A stretch of 64,000 nucleotides of DNA, taken from assembly GCA_002269645.1 (NCBI GenBank), contig NIVC01000619.1:144601-208600 (forward strand), given 5' to 3'. This DNA is from Macrostomum lignano (Eukaryota). This document shows positions 15,273-27,395 of this stretch, one piece after another. The notes under the pieces were generated by a model that worked only from the letters and a program-made list of their open reading frames with translations, was not told where the DNA came from and searched no databases. The position numbers were made by a program, and so were the translations under genes. How positions within the stretch are numbered: position 1 is the first letter of the stretch; every line of letters starts with the position of its first letter.

Positions 15273-15594
15273 TGCATACATACTATTATACTATTATATT
15301 ATTTGAGTGACAATCAAACGGGTAGATTGGGAGACATAATGGGTAAAGTGCATGCATAGAGAAAGAGATAGAGACGGAGAGAGAGAGAGTACCACAGACA
15401 AATTTATATAGAACAGAACAATATTTACCATAGACAACTGCTCTAGAGAACAGTTTATGCTCAAACGAGGCAATGTTTTATAATGCGACGAGTCTGACTC
15501 GGTTAATATAATCACAGCATACCAGCTTTGTTAAAATCAACTGTTGTATAGTTTAGATATTATTATAGTCAATCAATCAATCAATCAGTCAATC

Positions 15595-15626
15595 ATGTCC
15601 GGTGACAACGGAAAAGTACAACAACA

Positions 15627-15690
<64 letters not shown>

Positions 15691-16527
15691 CAACAACATC
15701 TACAAGAGTCGCATCGTTGTCAGCTGAACACTGCCAATGATCATCTCGCCTGGGCAGACGACGTCTCAGACGCGGAGTTGGTCGCTGCGTGTGTATCGGT
15801 CGAACAACAACACACAACGCAGCAACCATTGATGAATGCGTCTGCATCGTATGCAGAGACCAGACGCACAGTGTCAGCGCTACATTCGGCAGGCGTCGAT
15901 TGGGCTGACCAGCTCGACGAAGCGATGCGCTGGTTAGATGGCGATTTGTACACAGCGAACGCGATTGTGACCGACGTTGCTGCGACATCGATGCCGTCTA
16001 TCTTGCGTAAGCGGCGTCATTCGTGCATCAGCCAAGAACACCAGGATGACATGGTCGTCGATCTTGATGCCGATATCGACATCCTGATCGACCCAGAGAC
16101 GATGGCAGAATGCGACGCACTAGAAGCAGCTTATTATGCTTCTATGTGCAGCAACGACGATGCCGCCAATCACAACATCGAACAGCCGCCAACTGATGCG
16201 ACTACTGACGATGCAAATGCGGCCGCCTCTGATGACATGTACATGTCAGATGCGGAGCTTGTTGCCGCATGCGAAGAGGTCGAGGCGACATTCCATCTGA
16301 GCGCCATCGATCAATGTGCACCACCGGACGAAGCGTTGGATAGCCCAATTAGTCAAGTCGACCCGTCCGTGTCGCTGTACGACTCCGATGGCAATCTGCT
16401 AGAGGAGTCCAGCTTTGCCGTTGATCGACGGTCAGTCGCCTGCCAGGTGGACATGTGTCGACCTCGTCGCAATCGCACCTGGACTCGACTGTACCGTAGA
16501 TGGCGTTCTCGTCGATCCACCGACTAG
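15595..16527 (+). CDS. Cargo ORF A: 310-aa acidic, probably disordered protein with a polyQ tract and an internal SDAELVAAC repeat
   Basis: Long open frame in AT-rich flanks; C-terminal block (SLYDSDGNLLEESSF...RSVACQVD) is homologous to ORF B. Confidence 0.6.
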
Positions 16528-16613
16528 GTAGATGGATGGTGGTCGCTCGAGTCAGTACAATCGCGCGCGCGTGTTGTAGTCTGCTGCCGGTCCTGACCAG
16601 GCCGTGAATCTGG

Positions 16614-16646
<33 letters not shown>

Positions 16647-17271
16647 TGGCTGACTAATTAACTAGTTAGAAAATACTATATGAACCTCCTATGAGTTGTC
16701 TGTATGTATGTATATGGGTATGCGATTGATTTCAGAAAAAGTGGCTCAACCGATTTTTTTCAAACTTGCACCATTCGATCAGAAATTTTCCTGGGACGGT
16801 ACATGCATCTTGGCTAAGAAATTGCTCAATGTTAAAGGGATTAAATATTCGAAAAACATGCTTTTTTGCAAAGGTCAAGCAAAATTTTCAACTTGAAATG
16901 CATTGTAAGAATGCTAGAGAAAAACTGACTGACTGAATTACAATTCTGATAAAGATTGCATCACAACCAGTTGAAAACAGTGCCAAAGAAATGCACACAC
17001 GACTTGATTTAAATTGCGTAACCATATTGCTAACTTAAATTGAGACTGGTACTGGCTGACTGAGAAATTGATTATGTCATAAATTTTTACTCTAACCGAC
17101 TTGCTGTAAGAATTGAATTATAAGGGCCACAATTCATGTTCTCCAATTGAAAAGAGATAGCCTAGATGCAAACAGACTGGACTGCTAATGTAGCGACCTG
17201 GGTTCGAATCTTATTAGTGCAAAATAATTTTTAAATTAAAACACCTTAAAAACACAAAATGCAAAACATAA

Positions 17272-18090
17272 AAGAGCCACCATGTCAAACATTAGAGAGC
17301 CACCATGTCGAACATTAAAGAGCCACCATGTCAAAAATATACATGACTCCATGTCGAACATTCAAGAGCCACCATGTCAAACATATACATGACTCCATGT
17401 CAAACATTGAAGAGACACCATGTCGAACATAAAAAAGTCACCATGCGAAACATAAAGGAGCCACTATGTCAAATATTCAAGAGCCACCATGGCAAACACA
17501 TACATGACTCCATGTCGAACATTCAAGAGCCCCCCTGTAAAACATATACATGACTCCATGTCGAACATTCAAGAGCCACCATGTCAAACATATACGTGAC
17601 TCCATGTCAAACATTGAAGAGGCCCCATGTCGAACATTAAAGAGCCACCATGTCGAACATAAAAGAGCCATCATTTAAAACATATACATGACTCCATGTC
17701 AAACATTGAAGCGACACCATGTCGAACATAAAAGAGCCACCATGTCAAACATAAAAGAGACACCATGTCAAACATTAAAGAGACACCATGTCAAACATTA
17801 AAGAGCCACCATGTCAAACATTAAAGAGCCACCATGTCAAACATAACAGAGACACACCATTTCAAACGTAAAAGGGCCACCATGTCAAACATTAAAGTGC
17901 TACCATGTCAAACATAGAAGAGCCACCATGTCAAACATTAAAGAGCCACCATGTCAAACATAAAAGAGACACCATGTCAAACATTAAAGAGCCACCATGT
18001 CAAACATTAAAGAGCCACCATGTCAAACATAAAAGAGACACCATTTTAAATGTAAAAAGAAGCTTCATGCCAAACATAAAGGAGCCACTA
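17272..18090. repeat. 22-23-bp minisatellite
   Basis: Unit AAGAGCCACCATGTCAAACATT with variants. Confidence 0.9.
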
Positions 18091-18134
18091 TAAAGCTAAG
18101 GATATTATTGCACTAGCTACTTATTGTCTTAGTG

Positions 18135-18435
18135 GATGCTTGCTATCTGAGGGATGCCTGCTATTGGGGAGATGCTTGCTATCTGGGGTAACTTAATATT
18201 GGAGGATGCTTGCTCTCGGGGTGGAGGGTTCTTTCTATCTGAGAGGGGGTTTGCTATCTGGAAGATGCTTCTTGCTATTGTATTTGGGGGTGCTTGCTAT
18301 TGTATTTGAGGGTGCCTGCTATTGTATTTGGGGGTGCTTGCTATTGTATTTGGGCGTGCTTGCTATTGTATTTGGGGGGCTTGCTATTTGGGGGATGCTT
18401 GCTATCTGGGAGATGCTTGCATGCTGTCTGGGGAT
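18135..18435. repeat. 17-20-bp degenerate minisatellite
   Basis: GGGGTGCTTGCTATTGTATTTG / GGATGCTTGCTATCT units. Confidence 0.8.
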
Positions 18436-19727
18436 GTTTTTTAAGAGGAAATGTCTGTTGTTTTTTTCGTTGTCTATTTGTTACTTGTAAAGATTCTATA
18501 CAGATGTCCATCATCGAAGGGGGAAGATTGCTAGTTATTATCTGATAAGTTCATTCTATTGTTATTAATTTAACACTAGACTTTGATTGATATTAGTTAC
18601 ATTGTTTATGCATTACATATGTAAATATGAGTTGGGTTTTGAATACAACATGTTTGTTTTCACAAATCCATCACTGTACATTAGAATAATCCGTTCACCA
18701 ACTATATTATGCTAAAGTTATAACCAATGAACGTGTAACATGTCGATCGTTAAACCAATTAACTGTATAAATGAGGTGAGGTACAATATGGTGATAGAAG
18801 ATAGAACTGCAAAATTTAAGCCATGGTATTGGATTGAGTGTATGTACGAGAGACTGCTAGTAGTATATAGTATAGAGAGTGTACACGATGACGAGTGTCC
18901 TATTTGAGAATGAGGTTACCTACTAGGAGGAAAATGAAGATTAAAAAGATTAATGAGAATGGGATTGCCAATGCTAACGCGACTGAGACTGATTGAAAGT
19001 GCAGCATATTGAAAGTGATTATGAGAGACCATATGGAATATGAATTACGGACGGATGGTAACGTGATACGATCGTATGTTGAGTGCTTGTGTACATGCAG
19101 ACACAAGAGAATCGGTAACAATAAATTCTGATAATTGTGCAGATTGTGCATATTTTAGACAAGCATAAGTACAAATGCATAAGTACAACTATTCTGTACT
19201 CAGTAAAGTTCGTAAATATTAGAATTATAGATTGTTATTAATGATGACATAAACTATAATTTGTTCGCATCTGCTGCTTATCAGAAACTCTGTTATAGAT
19301 TCGGTATCTCGTTAATAATTAGTAATTAAATAATAATTCAGTCTAACTGTTTGTTGTATTGTCAGTCAAATTTAACAGCTTTTTTATTAACTAACTCACT
19401 CCAAAACATAATAATGGACCACTATGAGCCGAGATGTGACCACCTGGACGAGTCCGAGTCGACCTTCCCGCTACAAATGACTGTTGACCATGCTGACGGT
19501 GTCGACAATGTATTGTCTGACAGTGACACTGTCATATTAGACAACAGTGATGAAGCATACGACGGTATCGACGAGTCTGTAGATGGCAACACAACGTATT
19601 ATACGTGTAGTCCAATGTACTCGAATGGCGACTGTTGTTCAGTGACCAACGAGGAAATTGACGCAGCCGCCGACGCAGATGATCCGATGCTCGACAATCT
19701 CGACGGGGACGCCGACGAACAGATGAT

Positions 19728-22700
19728 GGTGGTGGTGGGGCACCCCACTACCGGGCGCGCCTGGCGCGCCTCCCAACGCTGCCACCTTCTCGCGGTGGGA
19801 CCGACTGGGCGCCCGCCCAGCAAAGTGCAGCAACACCCCTGACCCTGGGAAGAGTGCAGAGCGCGCTTTCGGCGCGTCATTACCACGTCGGCATTCTTTT
19901 ACCAAGCTGGCCCTGGCTCCCCAGCCCACCTCGGCCAGCTTCTCATCCGGGCTGGAGACATCGAACAAAACCCGGGACCAGCCTTCCCGTGCGGAGCCTG
20001 CAATCAGAATGTCACCCGCAAAGACTACTCCACCCGCTGCTCCTCTTGCCTTCGCTGGTGGCACCGCCGTTGCAGCAACCTTAGCATAGCCGAAATCAAC
20101 ATCGGTCGTGACCGGAGACTTTGGCGGTGCGCAAACTGCCGTCAGCCGACGGCACAGACGGACAGCCCAACGCCACTGCCTGACCCGCCTAGCCCGCCAA
20201 ACCCGCCTCCCCCGGTCCACCGTCGGACTGAAAACATGGCCACGTATCCGACCGACGGGACTCCGCACGCTAAAAACGCTAAAAACAAAGACAATGCAAA
20301 GTTCCGCATTATACAACTCAATGCAGCCGGCCTCAGAGCTCGACGCCTCGAACTCCTCCGATTCCTCGAAGAACACCAAGCGGACATTGCCTGCATCCAG
20401 GAATCGAATCTGTCGCCCACGTCTCAGGTCCCGCGCCTCCCCGGTTGGCAACTGGCAGGCCGTAGGGACCGCGCTATAAACCGCGACGGTGACGCCACTG
20501 CCACTCCCCACGGAGGGGTCTGTTTTCTTGTCAAGGAAGGCGTGGACTTCGCTGAGTACCGTCTGCCGCAGATAGACGTGACCCGCATTGCATCTGAAGG
20601 CTCGGCCATCTCGCTCCACGATAAACGGTTAACACGCCCAATTCACATCATCAACCTCTACCTCCCGCCGGTTCGAGCCGCCGACGGGCGCCCTGACGGC
20701 TTCGACCCGGACTGGCTCCCGACCGGCCCGGACGTGCTCATCCTCGGAGACATCAACGCGCACCACGGCATGTGGGAGGATAACTGCGACTCTGAAGACC
20801 AGCGAGGCTCCGTTTTCGAAGACTGGGCTACCACCAACGACTACGTGGCCCTCAACGACGGCGGCCCAACCAGAGTCAACGCCAGAGGCATCACCAGCAG
20901 CTTCGACGTCTCCTTCGTCCCTGCCAGCTGGCAGGACAAGCTGGAATGGAACACCGGCAAACATATCGGATCTGATCACCTGCCCATTATCATTGACGTT
21001 ATTAACCAAAACCCGCTCCCTGTGAAAAACGACAGGAAAAAGAGGCACACTCGCTTGGCTTATCACAAAGCAGACTGGGACAAATACCACCTTATCATCA
21101 GCGAGCGCCTTAAAAACTGGACCGCCAGACCACCAAAGACTGCCACCGGAGCCGCCAACAAGCTCACCGACGCGATCATGGACGCGGCCCGCAAAGCGAT
21201 CCCGCAGGGATCCCGCCGCGCCCCTATCGCCTGGTGGTGCCCAGAAGCAGAAGCAGCGTGCGCGGCCAGGCGCCAGGCGCTAGAAGACCTCCGAGCCAAC
21301 CCCAACGACGACTAACTCGCCCAGGCGTTCCAGGAGGCGGCAGTACACGCCACCGCCACCATCCGCAACGCAAAGGAAGCCCTGTGGCGCGACTTCATCA
21401 GCGACAACTCCAGCGAGCTCAAGTCGGCTGACCTTTGACGCATCATACGCGTCCTCGACGGCCGCACCGCGGCCTCCCGCCCATCAGGGGCGATCCAAAA
21501 CCCACAAGGCCGCTCCACCACCTCCGACCGCCAGAAAGCCGATCTTTTCTGTCAAGAGTACGCCAATGTCGCCAAAATCCCGAAAGACAAATCTGCCGAC
21601 AAAGACATCCGAAACGAAGCCAGAAGAGCTGTGCGGGACACCTGCAGCTGCCAAAATCACTGGACGGGCCTTTGCGCCGACTTCCCGATGGAAGCTCTGA
21701 CCAGAGCCATCAGAGGAGTCCCCAGCAGATCGGCACCGGGCATCGACGGCGTTTCGAACTTAATGCTAAAAAATCTGCCAACTCAAGGCCTGGAACTGCT
21801 GCTGCTCGCCATCAACATCTCCTGGCGCTCCGCTGAAATCCCGGCAATGTGGCGTCTAGGCGATATTCGCCCGATCCCCAAGCCCGGGAAAGATCACAGC
21901 ATCACTGCGAGTTTCCGCGCTATCTGCCTTCTCTCTTGCACTGCCAAAATCGCTGAACGGCTCGTTAACGAACGCCTCACCTTTCATCTGGAAGAGAATA
22001 AACTGCTAAATCCAGCCCAAGCCGGCTTCCGCCGGAACCGCTCCACCGAGGAGCAGATCACAGCTGTCACCCAATACATCTTCGACGGCTTCCAAGCGCA
22101 GAAACCAGCGAAGCGGACCGCCCTACTCTTAGCTGATTTCTCCAGAGCATACGAGCGAGTGTGGCGTAAAGCCCAAATCGCCAAGCTCCACAGGAAAGGG
22201 ACGCCCACGTGCATGAACCGGTGGATTAACAACTTCATCAGCGATCGCCGTGCCCTCGTCACCTGGGACGGGGCCCGCAGTCGCGTCCGGATCTTCACAG
22301 AGGGCCTACCGCAAGGATCCGTTCTCGCCCCGACGCTCTGGGACGTTTACATCGACCACCTGCTCGACGACGCCCCCGAAAACGTCCTGGCGGTCGGATA
22401 CGCCGACGACACCACCTTCGGCGCCCAAGGCCACAACCTCAGGGAGTGCGAGTCGAAACTGCAGAGAGCGGCCGATTGGCTTGTTGCCTGGTCCCAAACC
22501 TGGAAGGTGGACCTCAACAAGTCCAAATGGGTCGTTTCCTTCTTCTCCCTCGACCCCCGCGAGGTCAACGGCAAAGCGAGACCCAGCATCATGCTCGGCG
22601 ACGTCCAGGCCCCGTACGAATCCCACCCCAGACTCCTGGGCGTGCACCTCGACTCCCAGCTCACGTTCCGGCACCATGCGTCGGTCCAAAAACAAAACCT

Positions 22701-24175
22701 CCAAAAGAGGACCAACGCTCTCCGCTGCCTCGCCGGGCGTGACTGGGGCCAGGACCCAGGGCTCCTGTCGCAACTCCACAGAACCTACGCCGAGTCGGCT
22801 GCTCTCCACGGCGCTGCAGCCTGGTTAAACTTCGCGTCGGACGCCTGCAGACAACTGGTGGAATCTGCTCACAACGAGGCTGCCCGTGTCATCTCAGGGT
22901 GCTGCAAATCTACGCCGACTGCCGCGCTCCTTATCGAAGCCGGACTCCAACCCCTGGCACACAGTGCGGCGGCCGCGGCAGCGACGTTCCTGGACAAAAC
23001 GAGCGTCAAGCCACCCCGCTCCGCAACATAGCCGACAGAGAAGTCACTCCTCGCATCCGCGCTCTCGGCGGAAACGGCAACTTCCGCAGATGCTGGCACA
23101 GGTGTGCTAGAGAGATGACCCACAGAGTCGGACTGGCCGAGCGCCAAATCGAAACCGACAACGAGCTGGTGCCAACGTGGTCTTCCTTGACTAGTTTTCA
23201 CATCCAAGACTCCCTCATTACTAGGTGCTCCCGAGACGACCCATCGCATGTCCGCAGGACCGCGGCGCTGGAGACCCTAGCTCCCCCCCGCAGACCTGAA
23301 ACTCTGGACGGACGGCTCAGCATCAGGAGGCACTACCAACGGCGGAGCAGGAGCCGTACTCTACACCCGGTTCGCCGACGCGCATTCTCAGAGCACCGGC
23401 GGGGAGCCTGACCTCGTCCTTCCGAGCGGAAGAATGCGCGCTTAGGCTCGGTCTTCAGGCAGCGTTTGACGATCTGCCGTGGCCGGGAAACCGTGAGCTG
23501 CGCTGCGCGACTGACTCCCAGGCCCTGCTCCGCTGCCTCAAAGGCGGCCCCATCCCGCGGCTTTCCCCGTGCTGCCGCGACATCCTGCGTATTTTGGGAC
23601 GCCTACCGCCAGGCCACCACGTGACCCTGCAATGGGTCCCGGGCCACTGCGACCTTCGTCGCAACGATCTCGCCGACGCCACTGCCCGCGCTGCTGCCAC
23701 TCTTGATCAGACCAACGCACCTCTGGATCACCGCAGCGCGCGCTCTGCCATCCTGGAAACGGCCCAAAACGACTTCATCCAATTGTACAAGGCAAACAAG
23801 CACTGCAGCACCCACCGCACCTGCACCAACGGACGACGACCCAAACAGAAAACTTCCATGAACCGTAAGGACAGAGTCCTGCTAGCCCAGCTACGCAATG
23901 GCCACTGCCCGATACTCCGACAGTACCGGCACCGCATCAGGCTGGAACTGGAGGCCACCTGCCCAGCCTGCGGGGAGGCCCCGGAGGACCTCAAGCATCT
24001 GCTTCTGGAATGCCGCACCACAACCGAGACCAGACGACAAATCTTGGGCGAGAACCCGACGCTGGCCATCCTCCACGACGACGGCCCGCGCGCACTGCAC
24101 TTTCTCCATGCGGTAGGGGCGCAAACCCGCCCCCCCGGATATTAACCCGGCCGGGAACTAACAACAACAACAACA
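19728..24175 (+). mobile_element. Apparently full-length Ingi/I-group non-LTR retrotransposon (2A, PHD-like finger, APE, RT, RNase H, C-terminal Zn finger), inactivated
   Basis: 13-bp TSD ACGAACAGATGAT (19715-27 and 24176-88); (AAC)n tail; APE motifs (QLNAAG, CIQE, GDINAH, SDHLP); RT (GLPQGSVL, YADD); RNase H (WTDGS, TDSQ, WVPGH); CPAC...HLLLEC; in-frame stops at 21313 and 21436 and frameshifts near 23000-23400. Confidence 0.93.
19924..19980 (+). other. 2A-like StopGo ribosome-skipping motif (AHLGQLLIRAGDIEQNPG|P)
   Basis: Matches D(V/I)ExNPGP; in frame with the downstream finger and APE, with no stop from 19843 to 21312. Confidence 0.9.
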
Positions 24176-24509
24176 ACGAACAGATGATCGACGAACTAGA
24201 AGAGATTGAATTTTTATATAACCAGTTTATCGCGGAACAGCACTCGTCTGGCGACAACACTGGCTTAATCAATCCAATTAGTCGATGTAGCCCGGCCGAG
24301 TCTCTGCGTTATTCAGACGACAATATTCTAGAGGAGTCGAGTTTCTGGAGCGGCGCTCGTTCTGTCGCGTGTCAAACTGACAACATCAGACCGGGCTCTA
24401 CATCAGGTCGCATCCGTAGTTGGTCTGTATAATATTAGTTATATAACAACATTGTTAAAAAGACATATTAAATCTATATAACTACAACATAGTGAGATAA
24501 AAGGTCATA

Positions 24510-25085
24510 TCACCAATTAACAAGGTCACACCATCAGTCAACAATGTCACATCACCAGTCTATACAGTCACATCACCAGTCAGCATGGTCACATCACCAG
24601 TCATCATGGCCACATCACCAGTCCATATGGTCACATCAACAGTCAACATTGTCACATCACCAATCAACATAGTCACATCACCAGTCCATAAGGTCACAAC
24701 ACTAGCCAACATGGTCACATCACCAGTCACCATGGTCACATCACCAGTCAATCAGGTCACATCACCAGTCAATCAGGTCACAACAACAGTCAAGTATGTC
24801 ACACCAGCAGTCACTTTGATCACATCACCAATCTTCATGGTCACAACACCAGTCAATCGGGTAATATCACAACTCAATCGGAGTCACAACACCAGTCAAC
24901 CAGGTCACATCACTAGTCAACATGGTCACAACACCAGTCAACCAGGTCACAACACCAGTCAACCAGGTCACATCTCCAGTCGCGTTGGTCACATCACCAG
25001 TCACCCAGGTCACATCACCAGTCAAACACGGTCACATCGCCAGTCAACACGGTCACATCAGGCGACATCAGGTCACATCAGACAT
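24510..25085. repeat. 21-bp minisatellite
   Basis: Unit ACATCACCAGTCAACATGGTC with variants. Confidence 0.9.
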
Positions 25086-27094
25086 ACAGGCGACCTTCGG
25101 GACCTTCAACGGAGTGCCACCACGCGGCCCTGACGAGCGGGCACCCCAACATCGTGATTTTTCTATCAAGGCACCAAACCAGGCATGTTTGGATATTATG
25201 CAATGCTTTTCCACCATGTTAAATTGGAGAGTTGCAGATTTAACTGGCAGCTGAAAGTCTATAATTATAATCCCGGCATAAAACACACGCGTCTGCGTCC
25301 CACAATGAAATCAATACATCCCCGTAGGCCCGATATATAAGTAATCACAGAACTGTCAGAGCAGCCATCGCGAAGCCCTCAGGCTCGGCAATCAAGAAAG
25401 AATAACCGCCCGGAAGAAAGGGAGGCACAGCGATGCGATGGATTGCACTGTTACAAAAACCAGCACATCTTCAGTTCTTCAGTCTTTCCATCGCAAATTT
25501 CCGGAATCATACTAAAATCGTATTCATAAACCGGTTGCGTTGTTACACAATGGCAGTCACTGAGGCGCAACTGTTGCACAGATATCTCACAGAAAATTGA
25601 GCCACAGACAACGACGCCAAGGGCTTCATTTCCTGGTGCGAGCGCTACAGAAATTGCAACAGCAAAGCTGGCAGACGTGATGCCTGTATGTCTACAGGTC
25701 AGCCTAGAGGGTCGCCATCGTCCATTTCATCCACCGATTATGTCTACTGACAGAAGAGGGTTCTTCCATTTCAATTTTGGGAACGCAGCCGTCTCTGAGA
25801 TGCCGATCGGGTGCTTTTGTTGAAGGTCCCGACGGTCGCCGCCGTCCAGACGTTGATGAAGGGGACCCTGGTGCCTGGGATGCTGAGAGCAAAAGCCTCT
25901 ACGACAGATGGACCCAGATTATTGAGCCAATATGGATTCACCATAAAGGTTGATACAGTGTAGTGTTGGTTGTCCTTGCCACCAGTGTCTTCGACAAGAA
26001 TCGTTAAATATCTCGACGATGCTGACGTCGTATGACTTTGAAAGTTAGTTCGTCGGAAAAGGCGGAAAATTTTGATCCATATGGTTTACTTTTACGAAAA
26101 TCGGTAATTCGGTTTGCGAGCTAGCGTCGTCTGCGTCTTACAAAATGAAATGGGTCGTGTGTATTTTTAATACACCCCGAGGTCTTTCCCCATGGGGAAA
26201 AATTGCGTGGTCTTTCTACTGTTAAGAGACTTGTACTCAACACTCTTGATCCCTGTAGTGAGCAAACTCCTTGAGGTGCTGCCAGATGGACTTCGTATTA
26301 GAAGAGTCTCTGTCTCTCAGCAGGATCGGCGAACGATAAAGAATATACACTGACACGAAGTTTGGAAGCAACCAGTGGAGTAGCTGAAAATTGGCGTGAG
26401 TCTGCCAGAAATTTAATAGTCAAGTGTGTCCAATCTGATCGGGTTCAAGCTGTTTAAGAGACTAGGAGGCAGCAAGCGGTGATTGTCAACCAGAGAATAG
26501 CATCACATTGGAAATAGTCGCTACACGAGAAAACTTTAAGGGCTTGTGCTAGGCATATTAATTCTCGATTGACTAGAAAGCGGGGTTGACGTACGGGCTT
26601 TAGCGAAAAGTGGTAATGACTTGCAATGTACGATTTAACAACTCAGAATACGGAAAGTTAAAAAAGTGGCGCGACACGAAGACGGCAGGTGGAATAGGCG
26701 ATCTTGAGTGAGAAATACTTTTTTCTTTAAACCATATCTCCCTTCTTGGCATAAGCACATGCCTACAAAAACAAAGAGCCATCTAAAAAAGCTCCTAACG
26801 TTTGAAACATTAAAATTAGAAGCGAGTGCCTTTCATGAACAAAATTGAATCGCTAGGATATAATATTTCCAAACAAATCACAGAAAATAAAATTAGGATT
26901 GAATGATCGGTGAAGTAAACGGAGTGCATGGCGGTGCGGTGGGTATACTTGCACTGAGAAAACCGTAGAGCTGTAACTCGTTTCATTGCTCAGGCGTCAA
27001 CAAGCAAATAAACGCTACATGATATTCACTTAAAGCAACGCCTGTCTCTGCTCACGTGAAAGCATTCACCTCAAACTACACCGCTCGACGGAAC

Positions 27095-27125
27095 GGAAAC
27101 ACGTGCCGATCCGATGCGTATAAAT
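27095..27125 (+). promoter_or_regulatory. Core promoter of the peptide genes (representative: P3): GGAAACACGTG E-box followed by TATAAAT, 94 nt upstream of the ATG
   Basis: GGAAACACGTG is present at the same position upstream of all 12 intact copies; the TATA element reads TATAAA, CATAAA or CATATA. Confidence 0.7.
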
Positions 27126-27212
27126 TCGCCGACTGCCGACTACTCAACCCAACAAGCTCAGACTCGACTCAATCTACACACAACTCGAAGAATCGACTCG
27201 ACTCAAGCAACC

Positions 27213-27395
27213 ATGAAGTGGCAACTGGTTCTCGGACTTCTGCTGTTCGCAGCCCTGGTCGTGGTCGAGCCCTCGGAGGCCAAGGCCGAAAGCGAGTCGA
27301 AGGAGGATCCGTCCGACTCGGACGATTCCAAGCTGTCGGAGGAGCAGTTCCCGAAGCTGAGGAAGAAGGGCTTCCACGTTCATTTTCATGGTTAG
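27213..27395 (+). CDS. P3: His-rich prepropeptide (GFHVHFH-G)
   Basis: Intact 60-aa ORF from the conserved ATGAAGTGG. Confidence 0.9.
   Translation: MKWQLVLGLLLFAALVVVEPSEAKAESESKEDPSDSDDSKLSEEQFPKLRKKGFHVHFHG

Larger units (their letters stand above)
19414..24432 (+). pseudogene. Cargo ORF B (185-aa acidic protein when reconstituted), split by the LINE insertion
   Basis: 19414-19727 plus 24189-24432 join in frame (558 nt) after removing the LINE and one TSD copy: ...DADEQM|IDELEEIEF...LEESSFWSGARSVACQTD... Confidence 0.7.

Noticed and set aside
19728-19840. HDV-like ribozyme at the LINE 5' end (expected for ingi/L1Tc relatives)
   Set aside because: A partial P1/P3 pairing can be drawn (GGTGGTG/TGCCACC, GCG/CGC), but I found no convincing P1.1 or P2; an Infernal or RNArobo search is needed
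27114-27212. N-terminal extensions (MRINS...) of P3, P4, P9 and P13
   Set aside because: The upstream ATG overlaps or precedes the TATA box, its frame is not conserved among copies, and it would bury the signal peptide
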